From positions 132,680,001-132,744,000 of the forward strand of contig OX597815.1 in NCBI GenBank assembly GCA_951406725.2: a DNA stretch of 64,000 bases. The letters are read 5' to 3'. The notes under the pieces are model-generated. The model was not told the origin of the DNA. It saw only the letters and a list, made by a program, of their open reading frames with translations, and did not search any database. Source of the stretch: Octopus vulgaris (taxonomy: Eukaryota). Positions 24,455 to 36,993 of the stretch are shown piece after piece (the first letter of the stretch is position 1; each line of letters starts with the position of its first letter). The position numbers and the translations under genes are program-made.

Positions 24455-25904
24455 CATACATTTCGTGATTGTGCCACACTTCAGTTTACCTGGAAGTGGA
24501 TAACTCTAATTTTAGTTTCAGTCATTTTTCTAATTAAAATGGAACAATTACAACTGAGTTTGAAATGCGTCACCATATTAGGATACCTTATATGTATCCT
24601 TAGATCTTTAGAAAGATACATGCACATCTTCGTTGCTTTCGTTCTGGCCAATAATTCTAATGTATGCACACAATTAGTTGTATAGAATTGTATGAACATG
24701 AATATCGCGCAAAAGTCTAAAGAACAAATTAAATCAGAGATATATTCCTAATGTTGCCTGTTCCAAGATAACTGCTGTAATTTCATAACAAAGTCATTGC
24801 TTAATAGACTTAACAGCATAGAATGTGTGCTATGAGGAATGATTAAGTATTTGTACTTAATTACATACAAGAAAGACATTCTTTGAGATAGATGTGACTA
24901 CAGAAACGAAAGTTTTAATAGGAATGTGTATATCACGAAAGCAACTTATCGCTGTATTTTCTGAGCATGCTAATAGAATGGGAAATAGCTGTATAAACAT
25001 GTAGTGTGTGTGTGTGTGTGTGTGTGTGTACAGAACTGCAACCGACCGAAATTTACTTGGTAGTAAGCGGAGTGACTACATAAGAGCTGATGATTTGCAT
25101 CACGCCACCAATTACATTTAGTCAAGAGAGTTAATTCTGAATCTACCTCATATTTATATGTTTAAGTTAGATTGCATCCTGTTAAAATATCATGGCTTGA
25201 TAAACTTTAACTCTTTCATCAATCTAAACATTTAATAGCAAAGAGTTTGGTAGATTTATTTCGAACTTTGCTTTAGGTATGAACAGATGTAATTTAGAGC
25301 AGAATAACCTCCGTCACGCTAGATCATTCTATAAAGAATTTCGTTGCATTCGCAGTAATGGTTCTCATTTTGGGCGCACCTACATGCATTAAATACAAAA
25401 TAACACAGCCCGCCCTAATTCATGGAAATGAATTTTATAGAATTCATTTTTTGCCTTCTAAAAAGTGTTACTGGAGTTGTAGTTTATCGAGATAACATAC
25501 AGATCAAATAATTGTCACGATTTCAGCCAGAGTGATATTCATACACAGCTTTGGTACAGTAATATAGTGCACACTCTATCAATCAAACTGTTTATATGCT
25601 AGTATATTATGTAAGTGTTTATAACTTCAAAACTTTATACATTCTTTCAAGAACGGTCATAAAGTATATCTACCTCTCCATGCGTAATATACACAAACTG
25701 AGTGGAAATTTCTCGATAGTTTCAATGTAGTTGACTTTTTTATTTGCTTCAAATGTTATACACGTTCATTACCAAGACCTGTAATGAGGATACCAGTTAT
25801 AGTAGATAGCTCTTAATATTATTCTAAAGAGAGGTAACATCTACATTTCAAAACTATCATTAATATATTCATTTCTACATTTCAAAAATATCATTCATAT
25901 ATCC

Positions 25905-26111
25905 TTTTTGGGCACAAGGCCTGAAATTTTGGGGAGAGGGCCAGTTGATTAGATCGACCCAAGTTTTTAACTGGTACTTAGTTTATCGACCCCGAAAGGA
26001 AGAAAGGTAAAGTCGACCTCGGCGAAAATTGAACTCACAACGTAAAGACAGTGGAAATACCGCTAAGCATTTTGCCCGGCGGGCTAACGTTTCTGCCAGC
26101 TCACTGCCTTA
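25905..26111 (-). mobile_element. SINE family 1 with TSD
   Basis: Family body; flanking repeat AAA.TATCATTCATATAT. Confidence 0.88.
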
Positions 26112-27659
26112 AACTATCATTCATATATTACAAGCAGAAATATAATTATAGAAATAATCTTATAGATATGTAAACTTCATTTCACAGCAAACTTCAAGAG
26201 AAACAATCACTGCTGGTAGGTCTACGGAGCCCGCTTTTACATACGTTTAGATGATGTCTTCTTACCTTTCGGCTTAGAAGTGACAGTCTTGAAAATAAAT
26301 GGATATCGATATATTCGAATGATAACTAGTATTTCTTAAGAAAAATATGAATTACTAGTTGATCTTAAAAAATAACGCACAAATTTTGGCATATGGCAGA
26401 GTTAGAATTGCAAATGAGCATTTAAAATGTAATAAAGTAAACCAAATACGCACGCATAAGTACTTATACAACTGGTGATAAACAGAATATAAAAAGGTAA
26501 CTACTGACTGGAAATGAGCAGTTTGCATATAACTACATAAAATGAAAACAGTGTTATGAAAAACGAAAACACAAATAATTTTCAGTGTTCTTAAGAACTA
26601 AAGTTACAGAAGTGAAAGGTTAAGGAACAAATTAATAGACACATTTATCTTGCAACAGCAATAAAATTATGGAGAAATGAAAGACAGAAATACAAAAAGA
26701 TTCCTGTTATTGGTAATAGAGCTTTTCTGAATATCAATGAGCTGCGATCGATCGGCTGTACTCGAATGAGTTTCAGTGAACTTTTCTGAAACAAATTATT
26801 AATGAAGAGTTAATGATACATTAATGAACTTTAAACGAACTCTTTGAACGTGCGAATGTACGAACTAATATTTATCTTTGTAATTTCCATCTTCCATATT
26901 ATATTTCAGTCGTTTGATCTTCAATCGTATTCAGATGTGCTTCTAAACCTATAAGAAATATATACATGCATATATGTTATTTGTGTGTGTGTGTGTGTGT
27001 GTGTTTGTGTGTGTGTGTGCGTCTGTGAGTGTGTCTGTGTGCGCGCGAGGTTATGTGTATATATATAAGGTAGAGATTTTATTTCAAACGTTATATCGAA
27101 AACACGAGTATGATCTATGTGCGTGTGAGTGTTTGCGTACGTCGGCGTGTGTGTATATGTATGTAAATATCTATACATATGCACAAACACCTACACACAC
27201 ATATACACACATATATATGTATGTATTTCAGTGCATAAGGATATATAGATGTATGCATGTATGCGAATACGTATTTGTAGATATGAGGATCATAATTTGC
27301 TTATATTCCTAATTGATGTGGCAAGGTGACCCACCAAGTAATTTATAAGATATGTTTTTGCGATGCAACTTTTTGAAACTTCTATGATTTTAAAACTAAA
27401 ATGATACCCGACATGTTCTTCCCCACCCAAAAATTGTCCATAGCATATTACACAGAATAATCACCGCAGCAATACATGCTTTCTGGAACTACCAATTATG
27501 GGGAATCTATGACTGTCGCCATTTGAAAAACATTCGCAGTGAGGAATTAGATAAACTTCTGACCCACTATGAACCTTCCTAACATCGAGTTCTATCCGGG
27601 ATACAACTCCACGTGGCCTGGCCAACAGCCCGTTTACGCGAACAAATTGCTCTATCCTT

Positions 27660-27960
27660 GACACAAGCATATCTCTTCATACATATGTAATGTAAGAGGT
27701 GAAATGCAATAAATGTGGGCTTCGCTATATCAGCCGTACAATCCTGAAACTGCGGAACCCGATTAAAGTACACCAGCAGAAATACGCTTCTTCATTTATG
27801 AAACACGTCCAAAACTACCACCGCAGTGAGGTACATATATCCATTCTAAATGCTGACTGCAATGTTGGTAACTTGAGATTCAAGAAGCCTATTTTCATCA
27901 AACAACTTAAACAAGAAATTAACAACGGACGCATATTTAATGCCTCGAACTGGATTTGAT
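27660..27960 (+). pseudogene. Penelope-like GIY-YIG endonuclease remnant
   Basis: EVKCNKCGLRYISRTILKLRNPIKVH...F.KH...E.IFIKQLKQEIN follows the pattern CxxC-YIGxT-R-R-EH...E...I...P.LN. Confidence 0.75.
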
Positions 27961-28594
27961 GATTAGCGGATACTGTCTGAACGACGTCATACAGCATTGA
28001 AAGACTGTCTGTGTTGATCTTCAGCCTCTTCCTCGCACTTTCCTTCTGAAATAGAGCCCATCAGAGTCACTGTTTGTATGGAAGCACCGAGGTGATGGGA
28101 TATCAAGTGATGCAAAAGCTACAATTTCGGGACATAATGTTTCTGCTTTCGGATGTTAAATATGAACTATCTTTTGATCAAAACCCACTACTATATCAAC
28201 AGAAAATGTATTACTAAATCGAGCTGTTTTGGACTACAACACACATACACTGAATTTTCATAATAGTAATGACAGTGAATTTATATCCAAAATAAACAGT
28301 AGCACAGACAGAATGTCACGTTGGAACATCGTTTTGGAATATTTATAAAATCGGAGATAATAATTCCGCTTTCAGTCACAAGTGTGAGGATTGTAGGCCA
28401 AAACGTTGTTAGCTTTCCAATAACCCAAATTAAGGCAGATAATTTTTCCAGATGTAGTCATTTCAATGGCCAATACAGGGGAATAGAATCCAATGTTGTT
28501 TTTTTAATCAAGTTTCACAATTACACGGTTTCGTGCCGAAATTTGGTTTCGTGCCGAAATTTGAAACCAATACTAAGGAACATTTTAAGATGAC

Positions 28595-28780
28595 AAACTA
28601 GCAGAATGGTTAGCATGCTGGGCAGAATGCTTTGAGTTCAAATTCCGCCTAGGTCGACTTTACCCATCGTCCTTTCGATAGCCATAAAATAGGCAGGAGT
28701 TGAACACTGAGGTCGATGTAATTAATTGACTTACCACATCCCCTGGAGTTGCTGGCCTTGTGCCAAACATTGAAACCAAT
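28595..28780 (+). mobile_element. SINE family 1, decayed
   Basis: GAGTTCAAATTCCGCCTAGGTCGACTTT...GGCCTTGTGCCAAACATTGAAACC. Confidence 0.75.
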
Positions 28781-29101
28781 ATTTTGTCATTTCATGTATC
28801 TTGTGAAAAATTACATTTACGTCATTACCTGATCTATTTAAAGGTTATGTGTACTCTACAACTAAATGCTTTGACCAATTTCAAAAGTCATGTTGAAACA
28901 AGCTTTCTGCTTAAAGCATTTGTACATCAGAATTAATAATTTAATCAGTTTCATTCATATGAATATTAAGATATATTTATATGAACCACACACACAGTAG
29001 CACACACACACGCACACACACATCATTTATGCCTCCCTTTTGTTTCTAAAATATACAAGTATATATGGTATATATGAGTGTGTGAGCGTGTGTGCACGTC
29101 T

Positions 29102-29230
<129 letters not shown>

Positions 29231-29284
29231 ATATAGAAATATTAATATTTCTAAATCCCTCTCTCTCCCTCTCTCTCTCTATAT

Positions 29285-29346
<62 letters not shown>

Positions 29347-29358
29347 GTATATATATCT

Positions 29359-29417
<59 letters not shown>

Positions 29418-29618
29418 TCAAATTAGAAATATTACATTTCTAAATCTCTCAGAGAGATTTATACAGTAGTAGCACGATAAAGTGAAGATTTATTGCCAAC
29501 TTAATGTGCCAGTCCCAGGAAAGGGGAAAATGCTACTGCTAATTATGACACAAGCGTTCTGTGTCCTTATGTTTTCAAAGAAGGGAGATGGGCACCTCCA
29601 CCCAGCAAAGCCAGCATG

Positions 29619-29657
29619 CAGAGACTAGTTTCAGAGTCATTGTTCATCATCAGTCTG
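29619..29657 (-). ncRNA. Hammerhead motif
   Basis: Minus strand: CAGA-CTGATGA-TGAACAATGACTCT-GAA-ACTAGT-C-TCTG; canonical core, GUC site, palindromic stem III; stem II is weak in this copy. Confidence 0.72.
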
Positions 29658-29678
29658 GAGTAGCGTGACTTCCTAGCT

Positions 29679-31458
29679 TAATTCTTTATTATCGGCACAA
29701 GGCCTAATTATAGAGGGGACATACAAAGACATGCGGGAACATAAAACATATGAAGGATGATTCGCTCCCGCTGCGAGATGAAACCGTGTATTCCTTTAGT
29801 ATAACTATTACACAACGCCTAGCCTCGCTCCGAGGCGAAACTTCCCCTTTTCGCTTTCGCCCTATAATTACACCTTTAAACAAATGTTCAAACAGAATTT
29901 ACTTCTTATTTTTCCTTCTTTTTTTTTTAAACTAAAGTCAACCAAATGTATATCGCATTATTTTTTTAGAAACATTTTGGAAACCTATTCATTCGACACT
30001 TGCAAAATGACTTGATTTTCCTTTTTTTTTTCTTTTTTCAAATAAATATTTTCTGAGTTAAAGTCTTTTCAAAATGTATCGACTTACCTCTTGTCTCTCA
30101 CAATGTCTTTCATTCTTACACTCATTTACGTTGGGGTATCCTATCTCACTACGATTTTCCTTTTGTTTGTGTTTTGCCTATTGTCTCTTTTTGTTTCTAT
30201 TTTCCTGCTGCTTTGTGAGTTCTTGTATATTCGTCTCTAAGTCTGTGTGTTCGCGTTTTTGTGTGCCTTTGTGTTCGTTTGACTGTAACTCTACGTGTTT
30301 CGTCTGTGTGTCTATGTTTTTAGGCTTCATTACTTCTGAGTTGTCTTGTTTCTGGCCTGCATGACTCTGTCCTTTTAATTCCTTTGCTGGTACTTCCTCT
30401 GGTAAATTTTCTCCATTTCTCGTCGTGGGGTTGAGTTTCTTCTATTCCTTTACATTTCTTCACTTCCACTATCGTCGGTGACTTTCTTCTTTCTCTTTTC
30501 CGTGGTTTTACCTCCGCCAAATTGCCATCATATTCTGTTCTCTGCTTCTGCTTTTTCCCACCACTGTATCTCCCTGCACACTCTCTTCCACCATTTCTAC
30601 TGCTGATCTAGGGCATTTCCTTCTCAGGTGCCCTCTTTCACCGCATCCGTAACATTTTGGGGATCTCCCCTCCAACATTACTCCCAGTTTTTCACCGTTT
30701 GGTAATTCCACAGTATCCGCCATTTCCTCGTAATACTCTGGGCTTACCGCACAAATTACTTCAATTCCATATCCCCAGCAATTCAATTGTTGAGTTCTGC
30801 TTATTATTCAAATCTCCAGGTTTTCACTTCCATTCACCAGCTCTGAATTAAACATTGCGACTATTACTCATTCTTGGTATGTCGACGGTGGGATTCTTCC
30901 CGCCCTGAGCCTGACGATTCTTTTGCCTAAACAGTTCGGCATTAACGTCCATTTTTCTAGAATTATCAGCCTGTTGTCGTTTACTTTTGCCTCCTCTTCT
31001 GTTGCAAAGGTAACTATTACTGTCGTATATTCCCTTCCTCTTGTAAAGAAAGTTATCACTTCACCTATTTATTCCTTCAATATTTCCTCTATCTCTTCCT
31101 GCGGCGCGTGTTCTATTCTCCTATTTTCATTCGCAAATTTCTGAATATCACCGTCCTACTTTCCAATTTTCTTTTTTCCTCCATTAGCAGGGTCCTTTTT
31201 ATGTTTAATCCTTCTTTCTTTTACATGCAATAATGTTTTGAAAGCTTCTCCTCATCCCACTCCTTCCACTTCGGCTTCAGCACACGTGGGTCTATAGCAT
31301 CTCGACCTCCAGTTGCTTCAGCACACGTGGGTCTATAGCATCTCGACCACCAGTGACTTCCGCGTGACATTTCATTTCCATTATTCACTTCCACCCAACG
31401 ATGGACAGAAATCTCGCACAAAAATCTCGCTTCGAATTTTCCACAAAACAACAAAAAG
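29679..31458 (-). mobile_element. ORF1/gag-only non-LTR-like element (decayed)
   Basis: Fragmented ORF with the CCHC knuckle CYGCGERGHLRRKC (30508-30786), AATAAA at the 3' end, degenerate TSD, no RT; 41-bp tandem duplication at 31274-31355. Confidence 0.75.
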
Positions 31459-31896
31459 GTGAGGCTTGGTAGCTGTCGATGCTTATTCAACTTAGAAAAC
31501 ATATAGATTTCAAGTGAAATACATTCACTGATCTGCAAAATTAGAAATATTACATTTCTAAATCCCTCAGAGAGATTCATTCAGTAGCAAACCATCACAT
31601 TATCGTGCTGTGTGTGAGTATATGTTTCCGATATACATATATGTTTTGTTTGCGTGTGTTGAGTTCGTACGTGTGTCTGTGCGAGCATAAGTGATCCATC
31701 ATATAATACACTGAATGGCATTATACTTTGTGTCACAATACCATTACACCAATGATTACTTAACCATTTAAAACTATGGATCGGAGGAATAAATCATCAC
31801 GTGACAGTACCAGAAATTTTGCGTCACGTGAGTCGGCCACTAAAATTTTCTTAAAGACAACTCATTTTCAGTAGAAAGCTAATATAATGTTGATTA

Positions 31897-32124
31897 ATTA
31901 CATCATTTACATTATTTACATTTGATGGATATTTATCCTCATCATTGTTGTTAACAAAACGTTTCGGCTGATATACCCTCCAGCCTTCATCAGGTGTCTT
32001 GGGAAAATTTCGAACTTGGGTTCTCATTCCTAAGGTATTTTTCGATGTTTCGGGCATATGGCGTAGTGGTAAAGAGCGCGGCCTACTAACACCAAGATTT
32101 CGAATTCGATTCCAGGCAGTGACC

Positions 32125-32194
<70 letters not shown>

Positions 32195-32234
32195 CATCGA
32201 CAAATACCTTAGGAATGAGAACCCAGGTCCGAAA
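31897..32234. mobile_element. tRNA-headed, hammerhead-bearing SINE-like element in an inverted arrangement
   Basis: + strand: tRNA-like head 32052-32125, (AAT)n, 42-nt segment 32193-32234. - strand: the same segment 32049-32008, then the hammerhead and an AATGTAAAT-repeat tail. Confidence 0.7.
31953..31998 (-). ncRNA. Minimal type-I hammerhead ribozyme motif
   Basis: Minus strand: GACAC-CTGATGA-A-GGCTG gagggtatat CAGCC-GAA-ACGT-T-TTGTT; canonical core, 5-bp stem II. Confidence 0.75.
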
Positions 32235-32361
32235 CTTATAAAAGATTAAAAGGACATACTAATGTTGTTTTAATGTTTTATAATTTCAAACTGGTCTCCG
32301 TGTTGTAACTTGTAAATTTACATACATATATATTTGTTCATGCATACATGTATACACGCCT

Positions 32362-32402
<41 letters not shown>

Positions 32403-33274
32403 CGCACACACATATATGTATATATATGTGTGTGTGTGTATGTATGTATATTACGATACAAAGATCCTGGTGTCGGAATTTCGGAAATTTCAAGCATGTC
32501 TACAGATTTTATAGATGACAACAGTTGGACAATATTCAATAAAGAGACTATATTAACCATTGTAGGTCTTACATTGCATTCCATATTTAAATCAATCGAA
32601 ATTTCGTTAAGCTGATAGTCATCATGCAAACCACGGTTTAAGACCTAAAGCTGTTATAGATGCGAATGAAAATCCGAAAATATAAGTAATGGAATAGCTA
32701 AATAGAACTACTCCGTTTCATAACGAAAGCCATGTATGTTACATAGACACATGAATACACACATACACACATACACATATGTATATACGCGCCTGTACAC
32801 ACACACAGATGCGCTCTCTCATGCACAAATGCACGTGTGCACATACACACCCCACACACACGCACAAACACGCAAATACACAATTTTATTTGTCACTGTC
32901 GACTGTCCATTGCTGCAGTACTGAATTATCCGTTTATCGAATGGATAATTTGTAATTGGTGTTAAGAAATTTTACATGCAAGAATTTAACATTAAGGAAC
33001 ATTTTCACACGGTGTACAGCTATTCTTAATTAGAATTGATCATTACGTTAATGATCACTTCTTCTCATCACTGATGTCATTTTAATTCATTCACAAATTG
33101 ATCTTCAAGCTGAGCTTGTCCTTGGTTATATTCCCCAAATACATATGGGTGTATAAGTACAAATATGACTGTATGCGTACATATACATACATAAAATACA
33201 TATATGCATATATATACATGTACGCATATGTATGCTACAGACATACACAAACACACATTTTCCTTATTTCTGAA

Positions 33275-33425
33275 ATAAGGCTACCGTTGGTTTCATGTTA
33301 AGAAGATTAGGTGGATATCCAAGTATCTTAACAATTGTTCAAGTCGATCACATGGCTTGAAAAATTGTTAATATACTTGGATATCCTCCTACTCTTCTTA
33401 ATATGAAACCAATGGTAGGCTTAAT
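33275..33425. repeat. Hairpin with ~71-bp arms and an 8-nt loop
   Basis: CTACCGTTGGTTTCATGTTAAGAAGATTAGGTGGATATCCAAGTAT... / ...ATACTTGGATATCCTCCTACTCTTCTTAATATGAAACCAATGGTAG. Confidence 0.93.
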
Positions 33426-33538
33426 CTACAATTAAAGGAATTATTTATCCACCAATACCATGTTGACCATCCATTCCAACGTTCTACATTTACACATACA
33501 CGTATATATGTATACTTATATATATATATTTATACTTT

Positions 33539-33607
<69 letters not shown>

Positions 33608-33609
<2 letters not shown>

Positions 33610-34007
33610 CACCAGCACTGTCCGAATGATGTTGGCATCACCTTCAAAATGCATCCAAGGCTAGGACCACGTGCCATCCGTCCACAACAAAAATCTAAAT
33701 CGCATCACATAACGACAATACGGCACAACTATTTCACCTCAATTGGACCTGCTCTCTTCAACATTACACCAGGGCACGTCAAAAAAGAAACTGACCACAC
33801 AAAATTCAAGAAGTCTTTGGACAAATTCCTTCAAACAGTACCGGACAAACCACTCACACCCGGATATGTCTCCGCAAACAACAATTCTCTGCTCGAATGG
33901 GCCTTGGTGCCCAAATCCTGAACTGAAAGACTTCGCCAGGTGGTGCTATTAAGTTAGACATGGCCTGGGCCAATACTGGCCAAAACGTTTCTAAGTTATT
34001 CTAAGTT
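33608..34007 (+). mobile_element. CR1-like LINE 3' fragment
   Basis: GPALFNITP...[22 protein letters not shown]-terminus; tail TTCTAAGTT repeats; inside (TA)n; same family as 52462-54345. Confidence 0.8.
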
Positions 34008-34183
34008 ATATATATATATATACAAATATTTTATAATTAAATACATAATCATAATAAGGTCTTGGCTTGTGCCTCACCACGCACTGAAAAATAGACATAA
34101 ATTCTCCGATAGAAACACACTACATAATAGGCTAGCAGAAGAAAAAGAAAGAAAATGGATTAAAAGACCTTATTATAATTATG

Positions 34184-34245
<62 letters not shown>

Positions 34246-34299
34246 AATTAAAAAAAGAAAATACACACACTTTACATAGTTTTAATATAATTTTTAATG

Positions 34300-34332
34300 T
34301 ATCGACCGATTTCGCTTTCGCTATTCGTGATA
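34300..34332 (-). ncRNA. Hammerhead-like motif with an A3-U8 core
   Basis: Minus strand: TATC-ACGAATA-GC gaaa GC-GAA-ATCGGT-C-GATA; 4-bp stem I, 2-bp stem II with a GNRA loop, GUC site. Confidence 0.5.
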
Positions 34333-34486
34333 TTATGGTATACTTATTTGAATATGTATTTTATTAAGAAGAAATGTCCATGTATTTGATGATATTTACG
34401 AGTGAATGACTTCACACGTAGAAAAATAAGGAGAGGTAATTGGTTATCGTTATTATTGTTATTGTTGTGGGCAAGGAAGATTTATA

Positions 34487-34815
34487 GATAAGGGAGCACT
34501 CCGTCGGTTACGACGACGAGGGTCCCAGCATTTTACGATCAACGGAACAGCTTGCTCGTGAAATTAACGTGCAAGTGACTGAGCAATCCACATACACGCG
34601 TACCCCTAACGTAGTTCTCAGGGAGATTGAGCGTGACACAGAGTGTGACAAGGCTGATCATTTGAAATACAGATACAACTCAATTTTGCCAGCTGAGTGG
34701 ACTGGAGCAACGTGAAATAAAGTGTCTTGCTGAAGAACACAACGCGTCGCCGGGAATTGAACTCACGACCTTACAATCGTGAGCCGAATGCCCTAACCCC
34801 TAAGCCACGCGCCTT
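34487..34815 (-). mobile_element. tRNA-derived SINE family 3
   Basis: Minus strand GGCGCGTGGCTTAGGGGTTAGG...GAGTTCAATTCCC head and CORE-like TGTGTTCTTCAGCAAGACACTT; other copies at 47843-47980 (+) and 49835-50075 (-). Confidence 0.85.
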
Positions 34816-34847
34816 CACGCGCGCGCGCACACACACACACACACAAA

Positions 34848-34903
<56 letters not shown>

Positions 34904-36880
34904 CATATACATACATAGTCGTGTGTATGCCTGCGCGTGCATTTATGTATATGTGCGTGTATACATGTGTATGTATATGCATGTATATATGTGCATATAT
35001 ATATATGAATATATGTATGTATATGCATATATATATATGATATATATATATATCTAAGTATGTATACATACGTGCATCTATGTATATATATACATATACA
35101 GAGAGAGAGAGAGATACATATACATATACATGCATAGACATATAGACATATATATACAGATATATACAGATATATGTGTGTGTGTAGGTGTGTAACGAAT
35201 ATACTAATGAGAAGCGTAAAGAATGCGACTTCCTGATTCGTATAAAAGGAGTCTTTGTCAGTTGTTCAAACCGCTGACAATTCTTTGTTTGCATTTGGTG
35301 AGAAACACGAAGGAAATCTTCAGTGAAAAATCAATTTTACATTGTCTACAATATATTCATTTCATAGGGAAATTTACTCAGTGAATTAGACTAGTTTTAT
35401 TTTGTGACCTCTTCCAAATTTGGTATTGGTTAGTAATCGGAACTGTAATCAGAATTTTAATTTCGACAGCATTTCTCCTAAACTTCCGTTTCTATTTTCA
35501 TTACACGTGAAGTGAACCGTTCAGAAATAGTGCGTCAAATCTTTATTCTTATTCCTATAGAAGCAGCAGATGACTAGTCAGATGCATAAAATTCATATAC
35601 AAGTGCAAATATGTGTGCGTGCGTTTGTGTATTATTCATCTTAAATCATATACGTCTTGCGCGTACACCCCAGTGTGGGTGTATGCCATACATGTATTAA
35701 GACCTTTCTCTAAGTGGCTCAAATTATTTTTATTGCTGAATTATTTTTTGCAGGTTAATCTCTGCGTTGTTTAATAGCTTTTTCTTTCCTTTGTGTGCGT
35801 GTGTATGTGTGTGTGTGTGTATGTGCGTGCGTGCGTGCGTGTATGTGTGTGCGCGCGCATGTGTGTGTGTCTACTATTATTTACTGTGTTTTTATTACTA
35901 ATTGGACACATTTTAAAAATATATCTGCAGGGTTCGCCAAAAAACTGTATGCAAACTTCATAAAAGGAAATGCCTGTATAGTACCTCTATGAATATAGAT
36001 CCCTCTTTCGATGATTTATCAAACCTCGATAACATTGAACAAATTGCAATAACACCACATTAAAATATTTATGCAGAATTCTTTCCCTGAAGAGTGTGTA
36101 TATATTGTTCTGGCGGATTCTGTATTCCGTCTGAAACTCATCTTTTTATATGATTCGTTCTTCTTATCCACTCTGGAATTCGATCATATTTCCCCAACTG
36201 AATAAATATATTTTTCATGTCATGTTATGTAATTTATTACGATGAATGACATACAATAGATTGCACTATGTATTAATGACTATCTTATATTACATATTTT
36301 TTCTTTACGTTCCAAATGTATGGTCAAAAGGATGTGTCTCCTTTTTGTGAGACTGCATGGGGCGTATGAATCTATAGTTATATTCTCTCCTTGTTCACTA
36401 CATGCATGAATATATAAATTCATATGTATATATATTTATTTCTGTGTGATTATGTGATTATGAAAGCACTGTGTATGTGTGTGTGTGCGTGTGTGCGTGT
36501 GTTTGTATATGTTTGCGTGAGTGTGCCAACATATTTCAAAAGAAATGAGATTAAAATATGTTGTTCCTTCTTTACTCATGTAAAGGAGGAACATTTCCAT
36601 AAAAGGGAACCAACGCTGTGATACTTATAAACAAAAAGCAACTATGAGAAAACGATGATATCTACGCTTTATCCTTCATTCTGTGCAAAACTGGCAGACT
36701 CTGAAAATTTTCTGTTAAGAATTTTAATATAACATGAATAACAGTTAAATATTTACAGATATTTTCGTATCTTGCATCAGAAATCCCTGGTATATAATAT
36801 GCAATGTCAAAGAATTATTATAAAGTATGGTTTTAACAAGTAGTGTTACAATCGGTATACTTATGTATACACACACACGC

Positions 36881-36927
<47 letters not shown>

Positions 36928-36942
36928 TATACAAATGTGTGC

Positions 36943-36993
<51 letters not shown>

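Larger units (their letters stand above)
29420..31610 (-). mobile_element. Second copy of the retrozyme-like element (29420-29678 + 31459-31610), interrupted by an ORF1-only element
   Basis: Both pieces match 22700-23150 and join collinearly across the insert. Confidence 0.8.

Noticed and set aside
27461-27997. Minus-strand ORFs as a possible intronless host gene
   Set aside because: Short, broken by stops, and antisense to a GIY-YIG remnant
32052-32125. Genuine tRNA gene
   Set aside because: Acceptor stem does not pair and the B box is mutated; SINE head. The same applies to the other SINE heads
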